DNA of 64,000 nt. Source: a virus (Duplodnaviria > Caudoviricetes). The notes beneath the pieces are model-generated. The model saw nothing but the letters and a program-made list of their open reading frames with translations. It was not told the origin of the DNA and searched no databases. The position numbers were made by a program, and so were the translations under genes. Shown here in pieces: positions 17,933 to 32,900 of this stretch; positions within the stretch are counted from its first letter, which is position 1; the number at the start of each line of letters is the position of its first letter. The stretch is from positions 1 through 64,000 of the IMG/VR virus record IMGVR_UViG_3300020409_000014; one strand, given 5' to 3'.

Positions 17933-20900
17933 GCGTCGTCGAAGATTTGATCAGGAGTGAAGTTAGAGATCACCGTGGATCCGATCTGGACAGATAGGAT
18001 AGCGGAGAAGGAGTAAACAGGTGTTGCTCCCGCTGCAGTTATCGCTACTCTGTATTCATCACCATCATCTTGTTGTGTGGTGGAGTTAGTAGGATATGCT
18101 GCTTGGTTTCCACCAATAATGTTAGACCAGACAGTTGTGCCGTAGTCTTTCTTCTGCCACTGATAGTTGAGTGTAGTAGTATTTAGTTGACCATCGGATG
18201 CCCTTACAAAGTCAGCAACCACGGTGAATGTTGCAGTTTGACCTTGGTTAACAGTCACGTTAACTGGGTTGATATTGATTCTAATTAAACCAGGATCAAC
18301 AACGATTGGATTACCCTGTTGATCAATACCCTCACCTGCATAGATGTCGAATCCATTATTTACAGGTGATCCTGTAGGTGTAACAAAATCATCCTCAACA
18401 GTTGTTTCAGCAGCAACTATAGGTAGTGAATATCCACCACCAGTTGCTTTTACGTCGATCCTTTGGATACCCATCATAGGCACCAAACGACCATCGAAAC
18501 CAGTAGAGGAGATAATCTCAACGTTAGGTTTAGATGTATAACCATCGCCAGGATTGGTTACAGTAGCAGAAATAATTTGTCCACTAGTAATATTTGCAAG
18601 TGCCTCTGCGTTTCTACCCTTAACTGATCCTGTATATTCAAATGTAATCAAGGAGTTAGAAGATTCAATTAGAGCAACTTCTCTTGGGAATTCTTCACCC
18701 TCGATGTCTAATTGGTCACCTGCCTCAATCGGTGGGACAACAGTTGCAGATATAACGTCAGCATCAGATCCAATGTAAGAGAATCCAACGAAGGTTGCTC
18801 CTGCTCTTGGGACTTCAGCAAAGATTATTCTAGATCCAACAATCTCATATGACACACCTGGCTCCTGTATGATACCGTTGAGTGATACGAGTATGTTGTT
18901 TTCTGGTAAGATCGTTGCAGATGAGACACCTTCTGTCAATGTCAATGAGTAGAAGATTCCATCTAACTTTAAGTTAAAGGAAGATCTTAGTGAATCAAAT
19001 TCAAATCCAATATCATCAAGTTGTCTTAGTTTACCAACATAGTATCCAATAAACTCAGATCCAATCTCAGGTGGCTCTGTAAACTGTATCTTGTCAGAGA
19101 ATGCAGTGTATGCATTAATAGCACCTGGTGGTTGTAGAATACCATTAACGAAGATGAGCATGTGTCCTGCAGGATCTGGGAAGTATGCTTGTCCATTCTC
19201 AACAGATAGTGAGAAGTTTTGCTGCACACCGTCAAATCCTCTGAAGTAACGATCAACACGTCCGACCAATGTCCTTGCATCAGATACAGCAGCTGACCAT
19301 CCATCGTCACCCTTAATAGTCATGTTGTCATAAAACTCACCGACTGCCTGCTCAACCCATATTCTTGCAGTAATACCTTGCTGCTCAATCTTAGAAATCT
19401 TAGCGTAAGAAGTATATGTGTTTTGAGTTATGTTAGTTACATTGGAGTAGATAACAGGGAAGTTTGTGCCGATGTCAAACTTACCAATGAATATACCTGC
19501 GTTTGTTAACTCACTCACAGATGCACCTGTGCCTACAGGTTGGACATTACCAATCCACATCTTATGTGGTATTACAGGACTCACATTGTTATTAGGAGCT
19601 TGATACTTAGTTACAACCGCTGTTAAACCAGGATTCTTAATAACAGTACCTATGAGCATATTAACTTCATCACCAACTTCAAATGTAGCAGCAAGACCTG
19701 CCTCAATAAATGTAGATCCAAGATCTAATTCTATAACCTCTGTGCCGTGAATAATATCATTTACTTCTGCAACTCCACCTGGTTGGTATATACCCTTAAC
19801 ATCTAGGATATAGTCAGTAAGACTACCATAGATGATGTCACCAGTCTCCCATCCAGATTGAATGGTCTCAACATCCATAACAACACGACCACCATCGTTA
19901 CCAATAATCGCACCTGACTTATTATCGTAGAATACGATATCTGCCTCAGTGTTATCTGCCTTCTTGAAGATCTTATCTCCAACAGCATATGCACCAAGAT
20001 CAACGTTAAGGAGTAGACGATCTGTTATAGCAGTAATGTCTGCAGTTGTTGAGCTGTCTAGTCCAACAAGAGTATCTCCAACTGCCCAGTTAGGTCCTGT
20101 CTTATCTACAACTCTTAGGATAATTTCTGTGTTACCAGTGTTATAGTTTTGCTGTAATATCTTACCTACAGCAGTTGCATCACCAGACTTGAATACATTT
20201 TCACCATTAGTGAATTTAGAAACGCCAGGATCTGATGGGTTGCCAAGTTTAACATATAAGAATGTTTCTCTGACAGATGCTTGGTTAAAGGACTGTGACC
20301 CAATCTCAGCAAATACATCAGATTGTGTGCCGTAAAGGACATCAGCATCAAGGAATCCACCTGAGTATGGAGTCTCTACATCAGGATTACCATATGTTGT
20401 AGTTGCTCTATTAATACCAGATCTTACAAGGACTTGGAAGATATGAGATGATGCTGCAGTATCGTCGAATTCTAATGCTCTAAATCTACCATCATGAGTT
20501 GGGACAGCACCTATTTCAAAGAATGTTGCCTCAGCATTTAAGATATAATATAAAGATTGACCTGTTGTGCCACCTAGTGTGCCACCACCTGCAGGAATGT
20601 ATTGTACAACATCACCACGTCTGAAGAAGTTAGCACGGTAAATTCTGACTCTAAACTCTGCTCTATCATACCCTGCACGAACTGTGGGAGTAAGAGATAC
20701 AAGAGCAGGATCGGTATTCCAGTCAAATCCTTCGTTGTATACAACGTGTCTGTTGTGGACGTCAGTATTAGCAATCCATGTAGTCTTCGCCTCAGTAGAG
20801 AATTTAGATTGCTCAAGTGCAAATTCAAATACGTTAATACTAGAATCCATATTGAATTCTGTTGCTTCCTGATCCCATTCTGTTCTAAGAGCAGGAATGT

Positions 20901-23900
20901 AAAGTCCAGGATCTGCAACGTAAGGAATCCAACCTGCACCGTCAGGAGCATATATGATTGACTTACAATATTCTCTAACACGAGTCATGTGATAGATTAG
21001 ATGTGTCCTAACAATTCCTGTATAGACAATCATATTTCCATCACCATCAAACCAGTTACTGATAGAATCAAATGCCTCAGCATTACCACCTGTAACAAGG
21101 TCATAAATTACAGCATGAATTATTTGATCTGCAAAGTCTGCATCACCTGCGTAACTAGGATAGAATGCAACAGTTTGATCATATGCTCTCTTTTTAATAG
21201 CAGGTTTGTTGAAGAGTATCATCTTCGCTGCCATCTTATTACTTGTTGATCCACCTGATAAGGTCTCATACATGACCTTATACTTCTTCTCAATCTCTAG
21301 TTTGACATCATAACACTTACCTGCATTATAGAGATTAGATGTAGGTGATGTAGGAGCAGTCTCTGTGACAGTTGTGCCATAGTAAGTAAGACCATTTCCT
21401 GCTACAGCAGCGTCAATACCACCTTCAAGAATTGCCATCAAAGTATTGATTGCAGCAGCTTGAGTAGGACAGGTTTGATTCCACTGTGTTGCTTGATTGT
21501 CAAATGTGACAGATACATCTCTAAGTGGGACATCTCCACTATATTTTGTTGGCCAGATGTTTGGTAGTGTTGGGGTAAATGATCCAGATAGACCATTAGG
21601 ATATGTTGTTGTATCAGATCCTGTAGGATCATTTATAGTATCAGTAACTATACTAATAAGTCTATTAACTTCGGTATCTACATCAGAGTCACTTATAGCA
21701 CTCATATTTCCTTCACCAGTTACCCACTTATCTTCAATGTCAGTAATTGGGACAAACTCAGCACCGTTTGTTGCATGTCTAGAAGGTGTAGTGCCTTGGT
21801 ATATTTGCTTGGCAATATCTCTAGCAGTATTTGTAATCCAAGTTACTTCATTTACAACGCCTGCGATATGTTGAATAACTCCATTCTCAACATAGTATCC
21901 TGCACCAAGTGCAACCATGTTGTCACCACCATATTCTAGGTTGAATGTATGCCACGCAAGCACATCAGCAACGTCATGGACACAATCAATAGATCCTGCT
22001 GCAGTAATACAATTATGTGTAGCACTTACAAATGCATGAGTATATTGCTGACCTGCAGGTGATGCACCAACGTTAACTGTTACAGTGCCACTCTGTTTTA
22101 TCAATGCACCAGATGTTGCACTTACAAATGTATGAGGATATTGCTGTCCAACTTGTGAAGGATAAACATTAACTGCAATATTGTCATCATCAATCTTAGT
22201 TACTATCAACCACTTATTATTAGCAGGGTCAGTAGATCTTGGATAATCGTGGTTTGTGCTGTTTCCATCTTGTGTGCAAGTAAATCTAATACCATCTGTT
22301 GCAATCTTAATTCTATTTCCAGTTACAAGTCCATGACCTGCAGATGTAATTGTCAAAATACCAGTTGTTTCTTGGTATGATGCATTTGTAATATTTGCAG
22401 TCCCAGTGCCAACAGCAGTTACAGCAACTGTCTTATTATAGTAAGGATCAGTTGTCCTAGGATATGAATGATTAGATGCATTATTATCCTGACTGCATGT
22501 AAATGTCAATGAGTTAGGAGCAATCATTAAACGATTACCAACATTGAATACATGGTCAGGAATTGTCATTACCATGTCACCAGTTGCAGAGTTGTAAGTA
22601 ATGTTTGTAGGTGTTAGTTTTTGTCCACCAAAATCATCACCCCACTTAATAGATCCTGCAAGTGCACTCTGGAATTGGTGAGTATACTGCTGACCTTGTG
22701 GTGATGCTCCAACGTTTATAGTAATGGTTGTTTGTGATATATCTTCTACAAGAATATTCTTTTCATATACAGGATCAGTTGTCCTTGGATATGGATGATC
22801 TGTTGCATAGTTATCTTGTGAGCAACGTAATGTAATACCTAGAGGAGTAACTCTAACTGTGTCACCTCTTTGGATATCGTGCTTACCAATGGTAACGACC
22901 ATCTTACCATTTGTAGAATTATAATTTACATCTGTAGGAGTGAATTCTTTTGTCCACAATGCACTAGATCCACCATTGATACTTAATGAAGGATACTGAT
23001 CTAATCCACGACGGACTGCCTCTTCTGCAATAAATCTAATGTTTCTTTCAATAGCACGAGCAGCATATATTCTATTGTTAGATGCACCATTACGCTCATA
23101 ACTTGAAAGTTGGAAAGTTACTTCGTTATGACCAGGTAAACTATCACGACCAAATCCATTTCTAATTGTTAGGATTGCCATATCTCTAGCAATCTTAAAT
23201 ACAGCTTTAGATGCTTCTGTTTCACCTTCGATGTGTTTAATACCACCGTCAGATCTTACATAAAGTTTACCAATTCTATAGGTTTCAGAGTTACCACCAT
23301 GACGTAAATCATGAGCAACACCTGCCAAGATGTCAACAACATCATCTTCACAATCTACAGGGTTGCCAGTTGGCACAATAAATGATCCATACTTAGAAAG
23401 GTCATTCATTGTAGAAACTGCTTCCTTAGCAATTATTCTTGCATTGTCATCAATTAAATCTGCAGCATCAAGGAATTTATTAGATCCAGTCCTTGTTTGA
23501 TCAAACTGTTTAGGATCGTAAGTAATTGTCTCATCTCTAAATGCTAATCTTGAAGTATATATTGGTGAGTAATATTCATCTTGATAAGTTGCACTAACAC
23601 CAAGAGAAGCAGAAGTTTCGCCTGGTGACATGAGTAAATTATTAATTGCTTTCTTTGCGAGCATCTCTGTATAGTGAATCGCATCAATCATTGGATTCAA
23701 TTCATCAGTAATGTAAAGAATCTCATTATCACTATTCAAATAACTATCAATAACCTTCTGTGTTTCAGCATTACCACCCATAATGATGTCACCAATGACA
23801 GCAGGTAATACATGATCCTTAAGGTCACGCAAACACTTGGTGTTGTTTGGAATAGTTAAGAATTGGACTGGGACACTATTAATTGTCTTAGTATAAAGTG

Positions 23901-26900
23901 CATTGATATGACCAACTGCTTCTTCTGCAATATAATCGCGGTTTTTCCAAATAAGTGCACCTGCATCTCTGAATCTATGTCCAGTAGGAGCAAGGACGTC
24001 AGCGATGTAATCACCTAAAGTATCTAATTGTGTTTCTACTTGAGTTGTGCCAGACAGTGCATGTGGGACACGAAGTTTAGTTGTGTATGTGCCAGTGAGG
24101 GTAGTGTCAGATGTGTTAATTACATACTTACAAAGTTTTACAACTTCACGCCATGCATATAGAGTTTGTAGTAACTCTTGACCAATATACTCAATCTCAC
24201 CACCTCTTGTGCGGTAGAAACGAGCAGTAACGATAACGTTATAGTTACCACCTTCTCTTAGATCTTTTACAATAGCAGGTAAGATATAATCTCTAGTATC
24301 TCTAATACAAACATTTGTGCCACTCATTGTGCCACCTGCACCATAAGTATCGCCAGGTATTGTAAAGTCAGGGAAGAATGCCTGCATGATTCCAACTGCT
24401 TCCTCAGCAATCCAATCACGGTTAATATCAATTATATCTGCAGCGTCTCTATAAATTTCTCTACCAAGATCTACCTCCTCAATAGTAATACGCTTATTGA
24501 GATAATCAATAGATTTAAGTGTAGATGATGAATTTGTTAAACCAGTAAGTGTAGCGTATACCTCAGTTGTAGAAACTACAAATGGTGCTTCTCCATTAAT
24601 ACCAAGGACAATACTACTATTAGTAAAGTCAGGATCTGAAGGAGGAGTAATTGTAGCACCTTCATAATCACCAACACCTTTCTTAACGATAAGATTATCA
24701 AGGTTACCTATAAACTGTTGACCGTTAGAAACATCTTTACCAAGAGCAAATCTTGCAAACTCGTATGTGTTTGTATCGCTGTAAGTTGTTTGCTGCACAC
24801 CATCAATATAGATTGAAGTTACAGCAGACTTTCTAACAACAGCAATATGATGCCATCTAAGTGCAATAAGAGTATTTGTAGATGTAATAAGAGTGCTGCT
24901 ACCATTAGCGAGGATAAGTTGACCACTTCCATTCAATACTAGACTTAGACCTGTTGAGGTTGTTTGTGGACGTCTCATATCAAAGATAATCTGATTACCT
25001 GATATTGCGTCAGCACGAAGTCTCATCTCAATAGTAAAGTCACCTGTGCCAAACTTAAAGTCATTTCTTTCTGTCTGGACAATCTGTCCAGTGTTAGGAA
25101 TTCTAACTGATTTTGTGTTATTAGAAAGAGCTGATAATATTGTAATATCATCTATGGTGCAATTAGAATTAACTAGAGTAGAGTTAGTTACATATTCTCC
25201 AATACTGAATGTGCCAGTAGCGTTACCACCATATATCCACTTAAGACCATTGTTAGATCCTTTAATAGGAGCAGATGCATTAGTTGTAACACCTTTAAGG
25301 TTTTCGCCAGGTAGGAATAAACCTCTTGATGGATCTTTAAATGCATATTTTGTAACACGAAGAGTTTCACCTGCACTATAACCACCATCAGTGATTGTCC
25401 TTTCAGTAGGAGCAGTCCTTGTGGCGTGTGCCATATTGTTGTTGGTATATGCAGTTGTGTATACACTCATAAGTGTATTAAATGCAGATACAACAGTTGC
25501 ACAACCATTAGTATCTGAATTAACAGGTGTTAGATCTGTGTCAAACCACTGTCTCTTACCATGTATTCCTGTGGCAGCAAATCTAGGATAGTAGTAATCA
25601 CCAAATGTCTTAGATACAAAATGTAAGTAATGTAATCTTACTGTGTCTCCATTAGATAATGTTGGAGTATAACTTTCTGCAAGTTGAATAGAAAGTGTGC
25701 CCCCTGCAACGTCATAAGTTGCTAAAGCAATGTCTGCAGTGTTATCTAATGTTACTGCGTTACTTGTAGCACTTACAAATGTATGTGTATAGTTACCACC
25801 TGTGATAACAGCACCAAATGCTGCACTTTGGAAGACGTGCTCATACTGACCTTGTGCAGTTGCAACACCTACGTTTACAGTAATAGTGGTAGATGTTGTA
25901 TCTGTAATTGTTATTGCAGTATCATAGTATGGGTCAGTTGTCCTTGGATAAGCATGATCAGTTAGATAGTTATCTTGAGAGCATCTAAAGACTAATGATT
26001 CTTGTGCAATTTTGATAGCAGTGCCTGTCTCTAATTTGTGCTCACCAATAGTCATTACCATCACACCGCTAGATGGACTGTAGGTGATAGCAGTAGGAGT
26101 AAATGTTATCTCAGGAGATGCACCAACGTTAACTGTAATAGATGTGTTTGCAACAACAGATTTAACTTCTAGAGGTTTGTTATAATATGGATCTTTTCCT
26201 GCTCTAGGATATGTCTTGTTAGAAGATCCACCATCCATTGTGCAATTAAATGTCAAACTATTAGCAGCGATAGAAACAAATCTACCTGCAGTAATATTAT
26301 GAGATCCAATAGTTAATACTAAGTCACCAGTTACAGGATTATATGTTGCACCAGTTGGTGTAAATTGTGGTGGTGCCACAACCATCTTACCGTTACCAAC
26401 ATAAGTTAATGAGTCACCTGCATTCAGTGTGACAGTTGGGACTGTCACATCAAATGTCCTAGTGGCGTTGTTTACGTTAGCAACTGTAAATGTATCTGTG
26501 CCGTTTTGTATGACACTGCCTGCAATAGTCTGTGCTTCAGCATATATTCCATTAACTTGTGATGCAGTTGTAGGAGAGTCATCATAAGCAATAGCATAAG
26601 TTGCAGCATCATATACTCTACTGTTTCCACCATACTTAATATCATAAGCAATCGCTTCAATTACATCTTTGATATCGTCTGTGCAATCAGCATCAGTTTG
26701 GTGAGGAGTAAATCCTGGATTAGCAGTCTTATAAATGTGAAGTGCTTCTGCAGCAATAAATTCTTTGTTATTAAGAAGAAGGTTTGCACCATCAATATTG
26801 AGACTACCTTGAGGCACTGGATCAGCAAATACACCAGTAATCTTAGGACCTCCTGTGCCCTCAGATGTATATGAAGTTGTGCCTGTAAGGTTATGTGTAT

Positions 26901-29900
26901 TTTCTGCAGTAACAGAGTGAATAACAATGTCAGTTAAGAATGTAATATTCTGTTGAATATCAGCACAGTTACTTAAACTCTGAGCATTACCAGATGAGTA
27001 ATTAGGATCATAAGTATGTGCAGGAGCAGATCCACCGTAAGTTATAGGATCGTTTAAGTTATATCCTTCGTTACCAATATCTTTTACATAGAGCAAGTTG
27101 TTGATAGCATAAAACATTGTGTCTCTTGCTTTCAATATTGCAGTCTGTGATTCAGCAACTTCACCATAGAATCCGTTAAGAATAAAGTTACCAGTAGTAT
27201 CAAAATATTGCTCTGCAAAGTTTTGAGAATTAAACTCACCACCTGAGCTTAAATCATCAGCAATAGCATCTATGAATAATCCTAAGTCACGACGACATTT
27301 TTCTTGACCTATAGAAGTTGTAGGCTCAACTTCAGTAGGAATATCATTTAGATTACCTGCAGCTATTGCTTCGTTTTGCCATGTCCAGATAGTAGTAATT
27401 GCAGACTGCACGTCGCTACAATTATCAGTAGTAGCGTTATCTGTATTGCTGCCTGGAGTCGCATACGGAGATCCTGGTGATGGGTCTGCTGTGATTGAGA
27501 GGTCTGCATAATAAGTTGCTTCGTCGGTTGAATTAGTTGCACTGAATACACCAGTTAACTGGTTTGTAATAGCAGCAAGACATAAGTCTTTTGCTTTCTC
27601 TACAATGAATAATAACTCAGCACTTGCTCTACTATAGTTAAGTGTAGTTGAATCTGAGAAGTATTCATTAATCCACTTCAAGGAGTATTGGTTACCACCT
27701 GAGTGAATATCTAATGCAAGAGATTCTATCCATAGTCTAACATCATCTAGGTAACCTTGCTTGTCTCCTGCAGAAGTGCCAGTGAAAGCTGTTTTTTGTA
27801 GATCATATGCTCTTAAAGATATTGCATCAATATTCTTAAGAATCATACGATATGCATCTCTAAATCTTGATGTTGTGTTAGTCTGCACATCGCCAGGATA
27901 ATAGAAATCAGGATGCTCTACTGCAACCCAACGCTCTGCTCTGTCAATAATTTCTTGTCTATTTCTACCAATACTTCTAGCACCGTCATTTGCTCTGTTA
28001 CCTGCATTACCTACAAGGTTTGCATAGAATATTGCTTTGTTTCTTAGAGCATCACCTTTAGCAAATGTGCCACTAGAAAGATTATCGTATTCAATCTCAG
28101 TGCTTCTAACTTCTTCAAAGTCTAAGAAATCTTCATTGATTCTAGCCTCTGCATCGTACAATTGTACTGGTGTAATACTTGACTGAGAAATATCATCAAG
28201 TATGACATTAGGATTCTGAATAGCAACAAGTCTTTCGTAGATAAGACCGAAGAATGTAGATCCTCTGTTAATGATTAGAGTGTCAACAGGTTGACCAGTA
28301 TTAGGATCTAGATATGGACTAATAAATGTAATCTGAGCAACGATCTTAGAGTTACTTGAGTAGATGTATTCGTTTAATTTAATATCAAAGATACCAGTTT
28401 CAAATCTTGAAGTACCTGAAGTCTTACTTAATAGTAATGTGTCTGTTGCATTACCTTGTGCATCAAGGTTTGTTTCTTCAATGATTGCTATATCACCGTC
28501 AAAGTTAGTGATTGTCTCTTGGAATTTAAAGAGACTTTCAGTGTTGATAAGATCTACACTTCCTACAACAGCATTGAATAATGTTGTCCTCTTAATTATT
28601 TCACTGACTGTGAAAGGTCCGTCAGTAATGTTAATAACATCAATATGGAATGTCCCTGAGTCAATAACAGTTGCATATGCATCAGAAGACTCACCATTAA
28701 CTTGCTGACCCATCTCAGGGAATATACCCTGTGGGTTTACTAATGTAATTCTGTAAACTGGTATAGTTGTAAATCTAACAGCTCTATATCTAACCTGTGA
28801 TGCTGCTTTTGGTGGCTCAGCAAATACAATTTGATTACCAACAATTTGATATGATGTGCCAGGTGCTTGGATAACACCATTCAATGTAATCATCAACTGA
28901 TTACCTTTAACAATTACACCTTCACCTTCTACAGTGATTGGGAATGATTTTAATATTCCATCAAAATCATCAGATATATCATCAATCTTCTTAACGATAG
29001 AAGTTAAGATTTCCTCAGATGATGTTAATCTTCTACTTCTGAATAATACCTCAGTATTGTTGTAGTCAGTATATACTGGCTCAGCAGCACCAAATGATGT
29101 GATCTGGTTTACGTTAGTATACTCATTAATATTAACTTCTTTAATAAATTCTGTGCCAACCTTTCTACCAGATACGTCTTTACCACCAGTTAGTGATAAC
29201 TGACCAAACATCTTAAATCCTGTAGGATGGTTGTTGTCTAATACTTGCTTCTTCCATCTTGTAATAGGAATCTCAGATGTAATAACATAAGAGAATGACT
29301 GATAGAAGAAACTATCTTGAATCTTCTGGACAATCTCAGATGGTTTACCAACATCATCGATGAATCTACCAGGTGTTTGTGTAATTGAGTCAATATTCAA
29401 TACACCACGAGCAATGCTTAAGTTATCGATAATACCAGATGCTTTAGAAACCTCACCTGATACTTTTTCACCTTGGACAAAGTTACCTGTATAATCAACA
29501 ACCTTAAGAATCTTAGGACCTATCTGCCAACCAGTATTGGTAGAAACAAAACCTGTTGCAGATGCTTGCTCAGGACTATTACCTTGGAAAATTTTCTCAC
29601 CTTCTAGGAATCTAGATGTTGCAACAACAGCAGTAGCAGTACCTCCAAACACCTCAGTTAAGAGAGTTTGTCGTCCCTCACCCTGTGTTAGGAAGGTAAT
29701 AAAGTCACCAGACTGTGCGGCTTGTAACGTTAATCCGAAGCGTAATTGATCAGATTCTAACTGATCAGCAATAGCATAGTATATCTGTCCTTCAACTAAT
29801 TGAGTCAAACCTGCACTACTTGGTTTTGGTAGTATACCAGTTGTAGATCCTATACTATCAGCACGCAACTGAATAGCAGCACCTGTTGTAATACCATGTG

Positions 29901-32900
29901 GGAAGTTAAACTGTAGATAGTTAAGATCTAAGTTAACAACATAGTTAAATTCTGATTTTAGAGTTACAGTTGGCTCAGATGAATATCCTTGACCTGGATT
30001 CTTAATAAGAATCTCATTCAAACGATTGTTTTTGATAACCGCTTCTGCCTCAGCACCTGATCCACCACCACCTTCGATTACAACTGCAGGAGCAGATGTG
30101 TAACCAGAACCTGGATCAGTTATGGTAATCTCAGTTAGTATTGAAGTATTAAAGAGTTGTAGGTTAACAGGGAATGTAATCTCAGGACGTAGAGTGTAGT
30201 CATGTGAATATCCAAATCCAAACTCATTGTTTTTAAGTCTCTTAATCTTACCGATATTTTTACCAGTTAGGAATACAGATGCACCACTACCTTCATCAGG
30301 AATTACAACTGCTAATGCAGCACCAGATCCTGCAAGTTGAGGTCCTAAGATACCTGTGATACTATCAACGTCTATACTTGCAGTTGTATAACCTTTACCT
30401 GGATCTGCAACAGATACATCTGAAATTGTGCCTGATCCAATCTCTTCATCAAGAGTAACAGTGATAGTTGCTAAACCACCTTCACCATCTCCATCGATAG
30501 GCACGTTATAGTAAACGCCAGGTTGATATTCTGTACCTCCTGAGGTTATAGTAATACGCTCAATCTGTCTGAATGATGCAATATCAGATATAATAGGTAA
30601 CTTCTGATAGAATCCACCTGGTGATACTAGTTTAATAGTATTGATAGGTCCTATTGCTTTTACAGATGTTGTTGAATAGAATGAGAATGGATTGCCGTTT
30701 TCGTCATCTTGGACTTCAGCAGATGAGGTTTCTGGCTCAAGTAGTAATGGGAATTTGAATTCAGTATTGTTGACAATTTGTGATATAGTAAATGTGCCAT
30801 CATAAGGTGTCTTAATAATATCAATAAATGAATTTGCACCAACAGGAGACATTGATCCAATTCTAGATGGATCAAAGTAGTAAGAAATATTAGTTACATT
30901 ACCAATAGCAGAGAATTTAACATATGGTCTTAGACCTTCTGCTTGGACACCTGGTGTCCCAACTCTAGTAATATTATTAAAGGAGTATTCCAACTTATAC
31001 TGGTTATCCTGTGCAAATGACAGATAGTAACCGAAGTTAGATGCATCACCAACATCAAAGACATATTGATGCTCTCTAATAAATGTTAGAGATGGATGTT
31101 TAGCAAATATATTAACATTGCTTATACTGTTTTGATTGAATACAGGATCACCTGCAGCAGTATTTCTTAGTCCAAATACAAATTCTCTACTACCAAATAC
31201 TTCACGAATAAAGAATGACCCGTTGTATTCTGTAGTATTAAATCCTTCAGTAAATATAATTTCATTAGCTCTGTAATTATGAGGTGTCACAGATGTTGCA
31301 TAAACAAGATCTGATCTTGCATCACTAACTTTCTTAATATCTTTCTTAAGAGTTGTAGTTAACTCAACTTCTTTAACAGATGCAAATCCAGTTACCTTAA
31401 CAACCTTATATGCATCAGTGCCTTCATCATCAACAACAATATTTCCAGAGTTGATAGCAATAACATCGCCAGGTATGTAAGATGATGCAGGTTGTACCTT
31501 TCTAATCTTAACTGAGTATTGTCCATCACTGTATTGTTGGAATCTAGCATAGTCAGATAGTGGTTGCTCTGTAGATTTCCATTCCCATGTTACGCCACCA
31601 TCAGACGCTGTGCCAGTTGTATGTACTGGTGCAATGGTGCCTGATGTACCTGCAACTGTTACTTCATATATGTTACGCTGCCAATAAACTTGATATCCTA
31701 CAGGGAAATTAACTCCCTGATCCCAACGATCCATATCCATTCCTCTGTATTGAGGTTTGGGGTATGGCTCAGTTTGAATGTCAATGTTAAACTCACCTGC
31801 ATTTCTAATAAACACCCATGTAACAGAACCGTCACTTACAGCACCAGTAGTGTGTGTTGGGGGAGTTACACCAGATGTGCCACCTGATTGTGCCTCGTAT
31901 ATCTTCTTAGCATAGTATACTCTGTCAGCAGTAGCATATGCAGTACCTGTGACCCAAATATTTTCTTCCTCAACACCAATAAATGTTTGCTCAGGTATTA
32001 TGTTTATATCTGTTGCTTCTGTAGATCTTAATAGATCAGTAGTATTGAATGTGCCGAAGATCTTACCAATCTTATACTTATTACCTAGACCAGGATTTGT
32101 TGTAGTGCCTACAGGAGTTTCTACAATCGTGCCGTATGCTTGGACTACACCAAGAGCATTGTATTGCTGAAGAATTGCACCTTTAGTAAACTTAACATCT
32201 TGGTTAAGAGTATATTCAAGGATGTTATCAATCTTACTGTAAGTTGCATCTTTAATATAGAATTTAGGCACAACGTTTGCAGTAACAAACATCTTCTGAC
32301 CATTCTTAACAGGTATAGTAGAAGACTTAGATGCAAACTGCTCTCTGTTGTTTGTCCATGTGTACGTTTGTACTGGTGTGTATACACTGGGCGAATCTGA
32401 GAAGTCAAGTAGTTGTAGACCACCTGCTCCAACATCCCACTGATCAATAGAAGGTAAACCTGCATCTGACCATGTGCCAGTTGTCCACTCACTGATAGTA
32501 AGATTAGAATAGTTAGTAGGTGTAGTTAATGTATATGTGCCTCTTCCAGAAGTATGTGCTCTGTCAATCTTAATAGCAACCACGTCACTGATTTCATGTG
32601 ATAGTGGGTATTTGGTTGTAGGAGGAGTAAAGGTTGACTCAAACTCATCAAGTTTAGATATAATCCAATCGTCAATATGACCAATAAATGCCTTAGTTGC
32701 AACTGATGGCTCAGTGCCACCTAATCCAACAGACGCCATATTAACGTCAATTAGAGTTTGATATGTAACTGCAAGTGTGCCATCATAGTAAACATTGATT
32801 TCCCATACACCTGATCCAGTGTTTTCTTTAACAAGTGCAATATGATGCCATGCTGCAGCAGCAAAGTTTCCCCAGTAAGTAGTCTCTGTAGAAGAAGCAA

